Of a stretch of 64,000 nucleotides of DNA, positions 14,216-26,900 are shown piece after piece; position 1 is the stretch's first letter, and every line of letters starts with the position of its first letter. The stretch covers positions 620,001 to 684,000 of the forward strand of contig JAQGDQ010000057.1 in assembly GCA_030141605.1 (NCBI GenBank). Direction: 5' to 3'. A program made the position numbers and the translations under genes. Source of the DNA: Tubiluchus corallicola. Its lineage: Eukaryota; Animalia; Priapulida. Below the pieces are notes generated by a model. The model worked only from the letters and a program-made list of their open reading frames with translations, did not search any database and was not told the DNA's origin.

Positions 14216-14663
14216 CCAATTTGCGTTATGAAAAATATCGCAGTCCAGGGCTATGTACAAGACAAAAGTATACTATGACTAGTAGAATGAAGTAATACGC
14301 CAGAAAAGAATTACACAAGCTTGGGAAGAGTAAAGTAGGCTGAGCTTAGTACCCATGCTACTTATTACAGCAACCCCGATCAAAAGTGTTGAGTATTAGT
14401 GGTTCAGGTGTTAGAAGCGAAAAATATGCAAGTCACTAGTAATTACGATGTTCACCCTTTACCGTGCGAAATCATTGACTTTTTTGTAGTAGCCTTATAT
14501 ACTTTCATACAGTTTATATATAACATCTAAATTACCTACGCATCTAAAAACACAGCAGAACTAAAGTAATATTAAAAAGATTTATCAGTCAAATTGTACA
14601 GATGCGTAACTCCAAGCACACAGGAAAGGTTGTTCCAAATTCACACAAACGGCTGTTAATAAA

Positions 14664-14733
14664 ACTTGTTGAAAATACAGTCCCTAGATACACAAATTAC
14701 TTGTTGAAAATACTGTCCCTAGATACACAAATT
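14664..14733. repeat. 35-bp tandem duplication
   Basis: ACTTGTTGAAAATAC(A/T)GTCCCTAGATACACAAATT twice, one mismatch. Confidence 0.95.
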
Positions 14734-17156
14734 TATGTTTCTTGCAAGCGATATCATAAAATAACAAGACTTAGTGGTCAAAGAAAATTAAATATGGCCG
14801 CTGTCGTTGTTCGATCAGATTTTTCTCTCAAGCATTATTAGCATCACATTTTTCATCCGTGGAAGCTGCAGCAGCGTCTAATATCTGTTGGGAATTATTA
14901 ATATTTCATCTGTAATTTATCTCCGGGTTTAACAAGAACTCGGGATATATTCTCTCTGCTGCGAGCCTGATCGTTTTGATATTCAAATGGAAATTGATGA
15001 AAAGATTCTTGCTGATTACCTGGAGAACGATGAAATCACTTTAGTGGAAATGTTAAGTATTCAGGAATATTGCGTGGTGCACTCATTGTAGATGTTATTG
15101 TGAAGAGATTGTATATAGGCAGCAGCAGCAATAATTTGAAACTCATCCTCCACTAAGCCGACTTCATCTCAGTAATGGGAATAATTTTACAGATTCACTC
15201 CACAAATGAAACTCTAGTAACCCTTTAACAGTCGCCCCGGAACTACCAATATCACTATAAACAGTTGCTGCTTGTTCACTTCTGCTTTTCTTCGTCCGTC
15301 TCTTTTTCTCCATACATTCTTTTATCCTTCCTTATTTCCTATTCTTACCTATTTGTTACCATTTCCTACTTTCCTGGTTCATTTCTGCCGTTTTTTCTTC
15401 TACATGCTCCTTCTATCTGTACTTTCTGTTTTTATCGTGCACTGCTGTCCTTCTTTTCGTACGCTTTTCTTTTCTTCCTGTGTTCTTTTCTTGCTTTGCA
15501 TTTACATCTTGGAATAGTTTTACACAGGAGCTGCAATATTTTTGTTTATTTTTCAAGTTTGCTCCATTTTATTATAGTCTTTGAGATTTGGAAAAAAGAT
15601 TGCGCCACAAAGAATTTTAACTATATTTCAATACTATATTATTTGTATAAGTCAAGAAAAAATTCAAAATGTCTACGTTGTTACAAGCTTTCACAAAATA
15701 TATAGCAGGATATAAAACGATTAACAAAAGGAAAGCTCATGAAACACAGACAAAATCTGAAAGCGAAGTAAAGAACTGCCTGTCCAGCAAGAGATACTAC
15801 AACAATACATTAAATCCGCATAATACCCCTTTCTAACATGGGTCGTTCAGACGACTTTGCAGTTCTGAAGCAGATTTTCCTGTACGGTTTCAAGGATTAG
15901 TTACGTTAAACCGTTTCACGAAGTCACATATTGAACAATGAACGGTACACCAGTATTATTACAATAAATAAGTTAACTTTATGATAACAGCCTCTGGAAT
16001 ATTACTTTGTATATGCATCTGCATGCATTTTTTTAGAAATAACTGAATTTCATAAATAAATAAATAATTTTAAAACCACTTTTTAAGTTGATTACGTCAT
16101 ACCTCACATTAAACTCATTCAAAAGCAATTAAATGAGACCGATTATCCAGCAAGTGGATAGACTACAGATTCTGGTACTACTATAGTGCATATGTTGAAG
16201 GCGGACCGATTTAAGTTGACTACTTTATATGGCTGTAAACAAACCGAGTCTTAGCCGCACAACGACCATGAAAGACCTGTTCCGTGAAATTTTTTAAAAT
16301 AATCATTTCTCACTCACGTGATTTAAGGTGATAGAAATTCAAAGGCAATTGATAAAGAATTTTAAACTAGGCTGAAAACGAGCAATAAGCCACCTATTTG
16401 AGAATAATTATTTAAAAAATATAAATATTTTTATAATAACATTATAATAAACCATCCGTTTCACATACATTAAAATTTAATATCCAGGATCAACTTTTAT
16501 AGTACTGACTCTGTAATAAGTCTGTATAAAGTGCAAACAATAACTACATGTTTTATCAATATTTAAGCAAGCCATTCGAACGCGATTTCATCTTGACCTT
16601 GAAATGTCCTTGAAAAATCAATAATTTGGCTAGCGGACAAAATAAAATGTTTTTATTTATTTAGCAGTGAATCCGTGTAAATAAGAGTAAAACCGCTGCG
16701 TGACACAGGAATATTTAACCTTGAAATTCAACAGTTTAATATTAGTGACCTTGGAATTCTAATGTCAGATGTTACGTACGCCAACAGCACGTTAATACAG
16801 GAATAGGGCAGCCTGGATAAATAAATACATTTTTGGAAAACTTGAAAGAAAAATTATGAAGGATGTGAAGGCATGTACTATCAGAATGAAGGCAAATTCA
16901 ATGTGGAAAGTAAACCTGAACTAGTTTACACGGCAAGGAGCAATCTTGTGAAGAAGAAAAAGCATGAAAACCTTCTCCACGTTGATAATTAAGATCCCCA
17001 CCTGTATTACACGGCGTTTTATGGTATTTTTAGCAGAAAGTAGAAACCGAAGACTAATCGTTAGTGTCAAGGTATCCCTTCCAATATCAATTCTTCTATG
17101 CTAACACAACCACTTGTTATTTCAGAAAGAGTCTGAATAGTTTAATTTGAAGAGAT

Positions 17157-17359
17157 TGGCCTATTTGGGAAATAAAAAACCAAGAAACTAACTAACCTAT
17201 CTGGGTAATAATAAACCAAATAAAACTAACTAGCCTATCTGGGAAATAAGAAGCCCAGAAAACTAACTGGCCTATTTGGGAAATAAAAAACCAAGAAACT
17301 AACTAACCTATCAGGGTAATAATAAACCAAATAAAACTAACTAGCCTATCTGGGGAATA
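17157..17359. repeat. ~37-bp minisatellite with a 111-bp higher-order period
   Basis: Subunits of the type CCTAT(C/T)TGGGAAATAA...AAACTAACT; TGGCCTATTTGGGAAATAAAAAACCAAGAAAC recurs at 17157 and 17268. Confidence 0.9.
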
Positions 17360-17523
17360 TCAAGCAAATTGTTAGTCAGACTTTTGTCTGAGACATTGGG
17401 TGGAGAATAACACGCTAGTTGCTACTCATTTTTCGGGATAGATCAAATTTAATTTTATTTGGTTCTTCACGTACGCTGTACCCAGATGTCTAAATATACA
17501 GAACTTTTCCTCAACCAAATATT

Positions 17524-17658
17524 GTAGCCATGGCAACGTAATAACTGCGAAAGGCTAATCGGACTCAGGATTACCCTTTTACAGTTCTTCAATAGCTGAC
17601 TGACTTTAAAATTACCCGGAAGGACATAAACTGAAAAGCAATATGGCTGCCGGAAGTG
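17524..17658. promoter_or_regulatory. Candidate cis-regulatory motif cluster (RFX X-box, YY1-like and ETS/GABP sites)
   Basis: GTAGCCATGGCAAC (17524-17537), AATATGGCTGC overlapping CCGGAAGTG (17640-17658), and a second CCGGAAG near 17616, in a locally CpG-richer stretch. Motif match only. Confidence 0.3.
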
Positions 17659-18222
17659 CAACGAACTGCGTTCGCTGATTATGCTCAAGAAATTAACAAG
17701 AATCTGAAGGTTCTCCGAGATTCGTGTCTCAGTCGCAATTCGGTTAATTTTCACGTCTTTGACGCAAATAATGATAGATTCAAGAAACTGCTTAAGGACA
17801 CCTTTGGCGGGTAGGGAAGAAGCGAGTGGACGGCTCCTCTACTGAAATCCTCTTTCAGAAAACTCGTTACCATAAAGGTGTTTATTACAACAAACTTCAA
17901 ATAGATGAATATAGAAGAAAACGCAAGCTTTAAGTGTCCTAATAGGCGGCTGTTTGTCACCCTTTCTGATTTAAGTTAAGAACCGCCTACGAGCGACCTG
18001 GTCATTCATTGACTGATTTCCATGTTGATCACGCACTACTAAATAATGCATCTAAAATCTGAAACGCATCGTATATAACTGGAATATCCCCGTACGTGCG
18101 TACAAAATCCTACTCTATGGAGAAGTCTCCGTTTTAATCAAGTAATGATTAGCCAGACACAGTCTGAGAGAAATGACGGACTAGCTAATCAAAAATACGG
18201 TTTTTGATTAGGCTGTGTGTTA

Positions 18223-18453
18223 GAACGGGTGGCCGAGAGGTTAAGGCAACGGACTGCGGGTACTTCTCTGCTGACAGCCCGAGTTCGAATCTCATGACCA
18301 CCTGTACGGCGCAAACAGCTGTTATCTGTGTTATTTATTTGTGGCGTCTCAATATTGTTGGAATTCGTTAAAAGACTTTTATAGTATCCTATGGCTAATG
18401 TTGTCTATTGTCCCAGCGACTGTAAATACGAGTCTTTGTCCTTTTTTGTCCTT
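18223..18453 (+). mobile_element. tRNA-derived SINE-like element (tRNA-Ser-like head)
   Basis: Pol III A box GGTGGCCGAGAGGTTAAGGC and B box GAGTTCGAATCTC (core 18283-18291). The head resembles eukaryotic tRNA-Ser, but the anticodon and acceptor stems do not pair. A ~150-bp body follows and ends in a TTTGTCCTT tandem tail. Confidence 0.7.
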
Positions 18454-18479
18454 ATATCAGGTTTTGAAACAATAGACAA

Positions 18480-19310
18480 GATCCAGATGTGTTAATGTGT
18501 TCACAGAGGGGTTAAAACCCATTCCAAGACTGCACTCTGCTTCAAAGTTCTGAAAGGCATTTTTCAGAGAAAAAAATACAAATAAAATATTTACAAGAGT
18601 GTGGTAAAGACACAAAGAGCTTACATGTGTCTATTGTGTACAAAGAATTTATGCAAGTCAACTTTATGAATAATTTGGTAGCATAAAACTAAATCTTTTT
18701 GAATGCGTCTCTCTTCTAAGACTTTAGATGTAGAATAGGATACTTTAGGATAGGGGATATGCAGTAAATTACATCTATAAAACAGGCGTCGAGTAAAGTA
18801 CCGCTGTACACTTTCTATACCGTCAACGTTACCCAATAAAGCTGGATTCCAGACTGGCAAGAAATACTCTACAATAGGTCTTACATAAACTATAAACGAT
18901 TTTAACAACATGTCTTTATCATCAGTAGAAAACATTCTAAACAACATATTTGTAATTCTATTGGCTGTAGTAGCACTGGTTTCAGGTCATGAGAAATTAT
19001 GACACCAAGATCACGCATACTTGTTTCGACGGGTAAATAAGAGCTACAAACTGATATTCATGACCCGGATTAGCATTCCCAGTATGTATAACATTGCATT
19101 TCGGTGTAGCTATAACTAGTTGCCACTCATTGGCCCATAAGTTAATTGCATCCAGGTCTGAATGAAGATCACTATTTTGACTTGACCAAAACTTTGATAG
19201 AGTTTTACATCATCTGCAAATAACTTTACTGTTACAGCATCAATGACATCAGGTAAATCATTAATAAAACACAAAAACAAACCTAGAACGAACCTAGAAT
19301 CGAATCCCTT
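18480..19310 (-). mobile_element. CR1/L2-group LINE fragment including the reverse transcriptase catalytic motif, decayed
   Basis: Minus strand: LFLCFINDLPDVIDAVTVKLFADDVKLY (RT motif, FADD), then MRDLGVIISHDL, then LLKSFIVYVRPIVEYFLPVWNP...IESVQRYFTRRLF...LEERRIQKDLVLCYQII; multiple frameshifts. Confidence 0.92.
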
Positions 19311-22300
19311 TAGCAAATCATTTTACTTTTTCATGGCTCTTTCTTTTCTTAACGAATGCTTATGCTAAAGAATTCTGTCCGGTCTTTCAAGTCCGGTCTA
19401 ACACTAGTGCAACGCTAGGTTTAATTAGGTTACATAGCAGCATCTCCTGGACACTTACTTCTCCACTAAAAAAGTGGAGGGTTGGAAGCAAGAAATTCTG
19501 TTAGGAAGTAGGAATAATTAAGCAAACATCAATTAATACACTTAACAATAAGCTTTGCTTTCACATTAATTAATTTTTCTGTAGTGAAATATATACGCAT
19601 ACAAGACAGTGCTTGCCTCCATTTGCCCACCAGTAAATGGGCAGCGATCGCAACGCATCCTGGCAGCCATAATGACATGAGCGAACTAAACATGGCGCTG
19701 AGTTGCCCAAAGCACAGGCAAATCAAGTAAAATCTGCTATTTATTCGTTTGTCAATTTCAACTGTCGTTTGTAGATATTACAAAAGTTTTGCAGCAAATA
19801 ATGAAATTCAAGTTGCAAGAAGGACTGCACTGCTAAGTCTAAGGGTAAGGCCTCTACCGTACTCCTGTTTACTAAAAACGCAAAGCATGTCTCAATCAAA
19901 ACAGAAATATGCGAAACACAAATGTAACATCAATGAAACAAAATGTAGCGCTTTTAAAATAATATGGTTTTAATCATTTAGCCCAAGTGAGTATTCCTCC
20001 TCAGTTAATAACAGGTAGAGTTATATAACATTTGCTTTTACAGCAAACTGAAAGTTGATGAAAACGTAAACGGCCGGAGTTTACTGGAGCCAATATTGTC
20101 ACTTTTAGTTGTTACTTGTATTTAGTATTTCCTTATTTTTTCATACCGTTTCTTGGTTTGATCTTGGCCGCAATTTTGAAAACCCATAACTTACAAGGAA
20201 AAAATTATTTGCATTTAGTTAAAATGGACATTGATCCAGTATGGCAGTTTTATGCGAAATGCTAGGCTTCTCTCAGTTCTCTTGCTGCTTACAACACACA
20301 ATGAAATGACAAGGAGTCGTCCCCAAAGACTTTCCTGCCATTTCTGCTTCCTTTTCAAGGAATTGCGGCAAAAACTAACAATAAAGAGCATCGCATGTAT
20401 TTCACTGCAGTGCATACATACTGTCTTTACAAAGGTATGTATAGTGCAAGATGCTTTTATTCTTTAGAAATGTCACAAACTGATAGAAATGCATATTTGT
20501 CCAGGTATAATCTCAACTCCATTCGACTAGTAAGCGTTCTACACTCTCTGCACTAAAAATTAACATACCATCTATACAAATCAACAGAAAAGCTATCATA
20601 GCAAAATGACTGCCGTGGGTGCTGGTGCAGCCTACCGAAACTATCACAAATAGCTCTTTGTGGAGAGGTTTCAATTATTCAATGTCAATATAAGCAATAA
20701 AACGTTAGCATTATTATTTCTATTATTATTATACGTGGACATCAAATGCAGAGGTAAAATCAAAGTGACTTGTCTGAGACAAGATGGAACACACATAACT
20801 GACAGATACGCTCTCACGTACAATCAGAACCTTGCAAGGGATGATGGAAACTTAACTCATTCTCAAGGATAAACCTCAGCATGAATGATAATCCAATCAG
20901 ATAAAATTGCCCAGATGCCTAGAAGTAGCGTTTCTGGTCCATTCATCTACTTCACCCACTTACTGGTATGTCCAAATCCCAGGCCGTTCCAAATTGTACT
21001 ACAGAGAAGAGAATACAGTGAACTACTACCCTCTTGAAAAATAAATGATATGTGTCAATATCAGAAAATCTACACTGTAGATAAGTAGGCGGACTATTAT
21101 AACGCACAACCACGTAAATTATTCATCGGCACTGCAGCCTCACAGGTAGATAGGTGACGTCATAGAGCTGGCTTCCTTTATTATATTGATTGTACAGTGA
21201 AGCAGGTAATTGCAGAATAGCAGACAACAAACTCTTAACTTTTTAGAGCTAATGTAAAACGTTCCATGGCTATATACAACTGAGTAGAAAGTTCATAGGA
21301 TCAAATGACATGAATTCTTGGCTGCTTCTAACGTTAAACTATTTACCGTTTTACACCTCAGCGTTAAAAATTTAAGCATTTATATCACCGATAAAGCTAT
21401 TTCCTATATGGCAGCCAAAGTTTGCCTACATGCGATGGTGCCAAACATGTAGGTTACATAAGTTTATATCACTGGCTTCTCAGACTCATAAAATGTCTGT
21501 TTAGTAAAAAACCGATACAAAAAGCAAACTACATTTATTTTACAAATGCTCGGAATACTGGCTTGCGTAACTGCACCACCACAATAATCAAATTTGGTAC
21601 TAATTATTTCTTTGTTAACTCCATTAATACTACACGAGTTTTTTTAGCCTGATTTCCAAATTTTCAGCCCTTTTCTGAGCAACACTTCTAGAACATGACG
21701 TGACTAATGTGAAGCTAAGGCTTGACAGCCCTAGAATGAATTCGGCAGCTTTTACATCTATATGTTACTTGGCTCCATGAGAAACACATGGTCTTCAGAC
21801 GAGACATTTACACACAGCGAGGTGAACTCTGCGCGAGTTTCCTAAATTCAATTCCACCGAATGTAGCAATGACCAAATTCAAGCTGACAGCTAGCATTAT
21901 CAATAATCTCTGGTTATAGCCAATCGGTTAGTAGACTGGATGCCAATCACGCTGTATACAAGTGAATTTCACATCAGGTCTGAGTTGTCATTATCAAAAC
22001 TAGGAAAGTAAAATCTATATAATGTAACATGTCAAAATATACAATAGACACCTAACACTCACTGCAAACAGTAAAATACGAGTATGCATTACATGTGACT
22101 GACTTTCTGGAGTAATATAAATATCGTTTGCAATAGAGCCCAGGCAAAAATGTTAATTAAGAGTACAGGTGTATCTGGTTTACCAATGGGATAAACTAAT
22201 ACTTAACGCATTTCCGAATTCAAAATTGCTTAACGGCAAATTTTTGAGAAACTGAATTTGAAAAACTCATTCAATTTCACTTGATATCAGTCAAAAATGT

Positions 22301-23354
22301 TTACTGATTTAGAGGAAAATCAATGCTCAATGGTCAATAGCTAAAACAGCAACGAAAACGGGATAATGGTGTGAGATTCCCTCAATGTAAATTATAGCTG
22401 AATGCTTTAAGGAAAATAAGTGAATTGAAACTGAATGCAAATGATTTTGTTTTAAGTACAATAAGTACAATGGGCGTGCAACTATCATCTGCTCTATCAT
22501 TTATCAAATTCCCTTGATTCCTATCCTATATATTGTACCGGTACCAAACTTGTGAAGCACATACATATTATGCAATATATAAACAATATATAACATGCGA
22601 TAAGAATCAAACCAGAGAATAAATGGAACTTTAGTTTATACACACCTACTTGCATGTGTATACATCAAATGCACAGTATAGGGGAGTCGAATCAATTCTA
22701 TACCCAGTCCTTTCTTGCCTTTCGACTCTTGTTTGAAAGAGCCACGGAGACTTAGTTAAACCTGTAACCCTGTTATAAACCTCGCCACACAAATCGACAG
22801 CAAATGTAACGTTGACTTTAAATCATAGTTTGTGTACATAGTGGCTAGGCGTTTATTTATTGCCGCACAAATGTTAATATTTACATTCAATTTTTTCGAT
22901 GTTCACAGTCAATAGCCCTATTTAGCGAAGAGAATAACACACTCCGACTTTCCGATATTATTTTAACGAAATTCCAAGATAAACAGACGCGCGACGCTTT
23001 GTTTACAGGCTTTTGTGCGTACGTGTGAATCTAGAAAAGGGCATCTATTAAAAAAAGTAAAGCCACGACAACAAAATCCTTATATTAGTTATAAAATTTC
23101 AGCACTGAACTTGAAGATTATATAACCTACACGCATATTAACAACAAACTGGAGTAATAACAAGAATGTGGCAATGAATTTTATTATAATACACAGACTG
23201 GCGCTGGTGATTTTGCCCACCTCGTAGATACACGGGCCACAGACGGTACACATTTTACCCACTCTTGGCATTCATCAACGACACAAATGAATCTAACGAA
23301 CTAAACTTATAATTATATACCCAAGTTACACTATACGGAGTCCGGTTGCACAAT

Positions 23355-23946
23355 AACAAACAAAATAGTTGTGCGTAAAACAAAACAGAGTGATTGTACA
23401 CAATACTATCCAAACTTGTTATACAAAACAAAACAAGAGAGTGGTACACAATACAAAACAGGGTTGTTTTACACAATACAACAAAAGGTGTTTGTACAAT
23501 ACAAACAGGAAACCAGTATACAATACAAAACAGAACTTTTGTACACAATACAAAACGTGTGATTATGCATAACACAAAACAATTTGGTTATAAACAATAC
23601 AAAACGAGGTGGTTGCATACAATACACAATAGATTATTTACTGTACATAAAAAATAACAGGGTGGCTGTGCACAATATAAAAAATGGTGGTGGTACACAA
23701 TGTAAAACAGGGTGGTTCAATACAATGCACAAGAAGGGATTACGTACAATATACAAAATGTGTTTGTACAACATGCAAAACAGGGTGGTGTGCACAATAA
23801 AAAACAAAGTTGTTGTGCACAGCACAAAACAACAGAAAAGGATGGCTGTTCATAATACAAAACAGGGTGGCTGTATGCAATACCCAACAGGATATAAAAC
23901 AGGGTGGTTATACACAATATAAAACAGAGTGATTATACACGATACA
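23355..23946. repeat. Degenerate ~25-27-bp minisatellite (consensus ~TACACAATACAAAACAGGGTGGTTG)
   Basis: About 20 or more diverged tandem units; explains the cluster of overlapping ORFs. Confidence 0.92.
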
Positions 23947-26900
23947 CAAATCATGCATTCTTTATCTGCTATTGTCTTGATTCTTAGTAATGCGTATTTT
24001 TGTCTGATAACTAGAACTGGGTTCGTGAATGTTGTTTACACTATATAGGAAGCTAGGCGTGTACAAACAGAATGTCTTCAAACTATATTTTAAATACAGT
24101 TTATAATAGAATTGGATCAGACAGTCTGGAACACAATTTTACAAATATTCTTCTCACAGCAAAAATAAATTTGTTAGACGTTATACTATTTGTGTCTGTT
24201 TAAATATTCATATTGCACATTAGAAACTAGTAAGGTCTGGCACTACTATACGGAACAATTTATTACATGTATGCAAGCACGACCTGGTTAATACCTACAT
24301 ACTTGTGTCAGGGCTTCCCTGCTGTAATCAATACGTCACTAATTTCAACGTGAATGGCTTCGCACAAGCGTGGGCAAAGGTGCAATTAACACGTGATTAG
24401 CAATTACTTTATCGAGCAGGTTTATCAAACGCTTGGCGGATCCAGATTCCACAGATATTAGTGAGCAGTAACTTGGTTAACTACAAACACCCCCATGCTG
24501 GATACGCCCCACACAGCAGTAGAAAGTGCTTGAAAAAATATTGGCGTTATTAGCAGACCTGCAAGAATTTAGCTTCCAATTACTCAGATCTAATTATTTC
24601 ACCCTGGGTGCTGATTACTGTAATCATACCTTTGCAACAAGGCACGTACGTGCTACGTGGACGCACTAACTAACCTGAGTCGACATTTAAAACTTTTCAC
24701 GACAGCTTGCTTCGCTTACTGCAAGGCGAAAATCCCATAGTAATTTAATATAATTTTCACACATTGCGTGTTAACTGTAACCACCTTAAAACGCCACATT
24801 AATAGTTAGTAAAAAACTATATTACTACTTTTGTTGCCTTTAAAGTAAACTGTACGTTTCAATTGGACTTTTTTCGACATCTCCTCAAAATGAAGTAACC
24901 GGAAATTTCTAAAACTCAATATATTTTTAAACTCAAATAAATTTTAGAAAATTTCGACAGCATCAACAAGGCCAACAAAGGCAGTGAAAGAAACTCTGCC
25001 ATCATCAAAAGTAATTTCTAATCCCACTTCTATCGTTTCTCTCAAAACCTGCGTTGCCTCCTATCCTCTACCAGCTAGAAAATTCTGAAAATCTTAAATT
25101 TCCGGGATAAAAGGCAACACTGTTACTGAAAAGGCAACACTTGAAAACTGAAATGGCGCTAATTGAAGCACGTACATTATCATAACCGCAATTACGCATA
25201 ATTAGCACGGGAATGCGCTTTTAAACAATAGACTGCTAATGGTGTTATAGGCAGTGGATACACAATGGGAGTAATTACGGGAATACATAAACTGGGAAAT
25301 TCTACATAATAATTACAAACTATGGAGCAGACATTCTTTTGCAATTAAGACACTTGGATATTCGCATGCGAATCCAAACGCCAGATTAATTTTCATTTCA
25401 TGGTATACATGCGACCAATAGTCTTGATTTCAGGGAATTTGACTGAAACATCATTGAACTGTCTTGTTCTGAATACGAAACGCCTCAAAAAAGCACCTGA
25501 GACATCCATGCAAATCGCAAACGGTAATGGCCACACAAAATATCTACTTTACATAGAAAATACATTACTGCTATTAACTAACCTTCAATTTTTTATCGCA
25601 AGAAACTATGCTTAGCTATATGATAGCTTAAAAGGAATTGCAATTGCATATAATGGACACGCCCGCTGTATAATTTATTTATTCATTTTATGCCCAGTGA
25701 AATATACAACGTGACGACTTCAATCAGTTGCTTGGTATTTACGTGCTGCAGTAAAATAGGATTAAATTCACGCTATTGTGAGAAAGAATTATTTACGTTT
25801 GTGGGTAAGCAAGTTAAGGAAACAGTTTCATACAAAACCATGGTTACTAGACCCCCTTAGTGACCAATAGCAAGTCAATAGAAGAAGTTGGTATCCTGTC
25901 AACAAGTTTTAAATAAAAGCGTTTGCCTGTTTTCATTACGTTCTCTACGCCCTGAGGACTTGAAAGCAACTGCACGTACGAAACAAAAGAAAATATATTA
26001 TATGGTTGACAGAAGCCGTTTTGTTGTTACTTTTATAAAATGCAATGCCACAGGGTTTGACCTAGAGTGGTCAGACATCCTTCTTTTGGAAGGAAATGCA
26101 ATTAGAAGAACATTAATTTGTCCTCCCTTTTAGGGCATATACTGCTGCCACAGCACAATAAAGTCAAGTATAAAGGTGCAGTGGGCAAGCTGTGGGACGT
26201 GTGTGCAGTTCACGATGTTAAAAAACATGTTAAGTTGTCAATTGTGGGTTTAAATGTCACCCAGTATGAGGTCTAGTAGGTTAAGAGTCACATGTGGTAA
26301 ATTACCAAATGGAATTATTGCGCACCTCAGAAATGACACGGGTTTCGCTACAACAATGATTTAATAACAGTAGGAAGCCAAGCGGAAAGAAAAGCCAAGA
26401 CAGTCGAGAGAGAACTGAATGGGATACGGGAACCGTGAAAACACTACTGTCTGCAAACTCTTAACTCAGTCAGATATTGGGGGTTGTAATGACAGCCTTT
26501 AATTCAAACACCTTTCATTAGACCAGATTAGGAGATTAACTGGCGAGGAACGTGGCGCGTGATTAGTGCTGACAATGATGCCGATTCAACCCAGACAAAT
26601 GTAACCGTAATTGCAGGAACGTGGATTTTAATCGCCTCTCAAGATTTTGTGGCAAGAAGAATTCTCCGCGTCAGTGACGACAGCCAATGTGTTGATTCAT
26701 GTACAAATGCAGGAAGTCCGTCCTTAGGTGCTTGCCAAAAAAGTGGCTAAAGACCTAGAAGAAATAATGACACCCACAATGCACATCACGCGTGACGGTG
26801 CGAAACTTGCCTGGATCTGCCCCCAGATACTGATAAGAGCGTCATGTTGTTACTGCACGAATGACGATGGACAAGAGCTAAATACAAATCTGGCTATCTT

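Noticed and set aside
14960-15091. Protein-like frame MEIDEKILADYLENDEITLVEMLSIQEY
   Set aside because: Short, no recognised homology and no convincing splice context; blastx would be needed to revive it.
15265-15705. Hydrophobic 146-aa ORF resembling a membrane protein
   Set aside because: Product of a T/C-rich low-complexity tract, with a non-ATG start.
18223-18302. Functional tRNA-Ser gene
   Set aside because: Acceptor and anticodon stems do not pair and there is no immediate oligo-T terminator; treated as a SINE head.
21402-21453. Degenerate Penelope-type hammerhead (…TGGCA…TGCCAAACATGTAGG) or CCTACATG/CATGTAGG hairpin
   Set aside because: Both CUGANGA and GAAA core motifs would need several edits; cannot be distinguished from chance.
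23255-23922. Seven overlapping ORFs
   Set aside because: Stop-poor minisatellite open in several frames on both strands; no protein signature.
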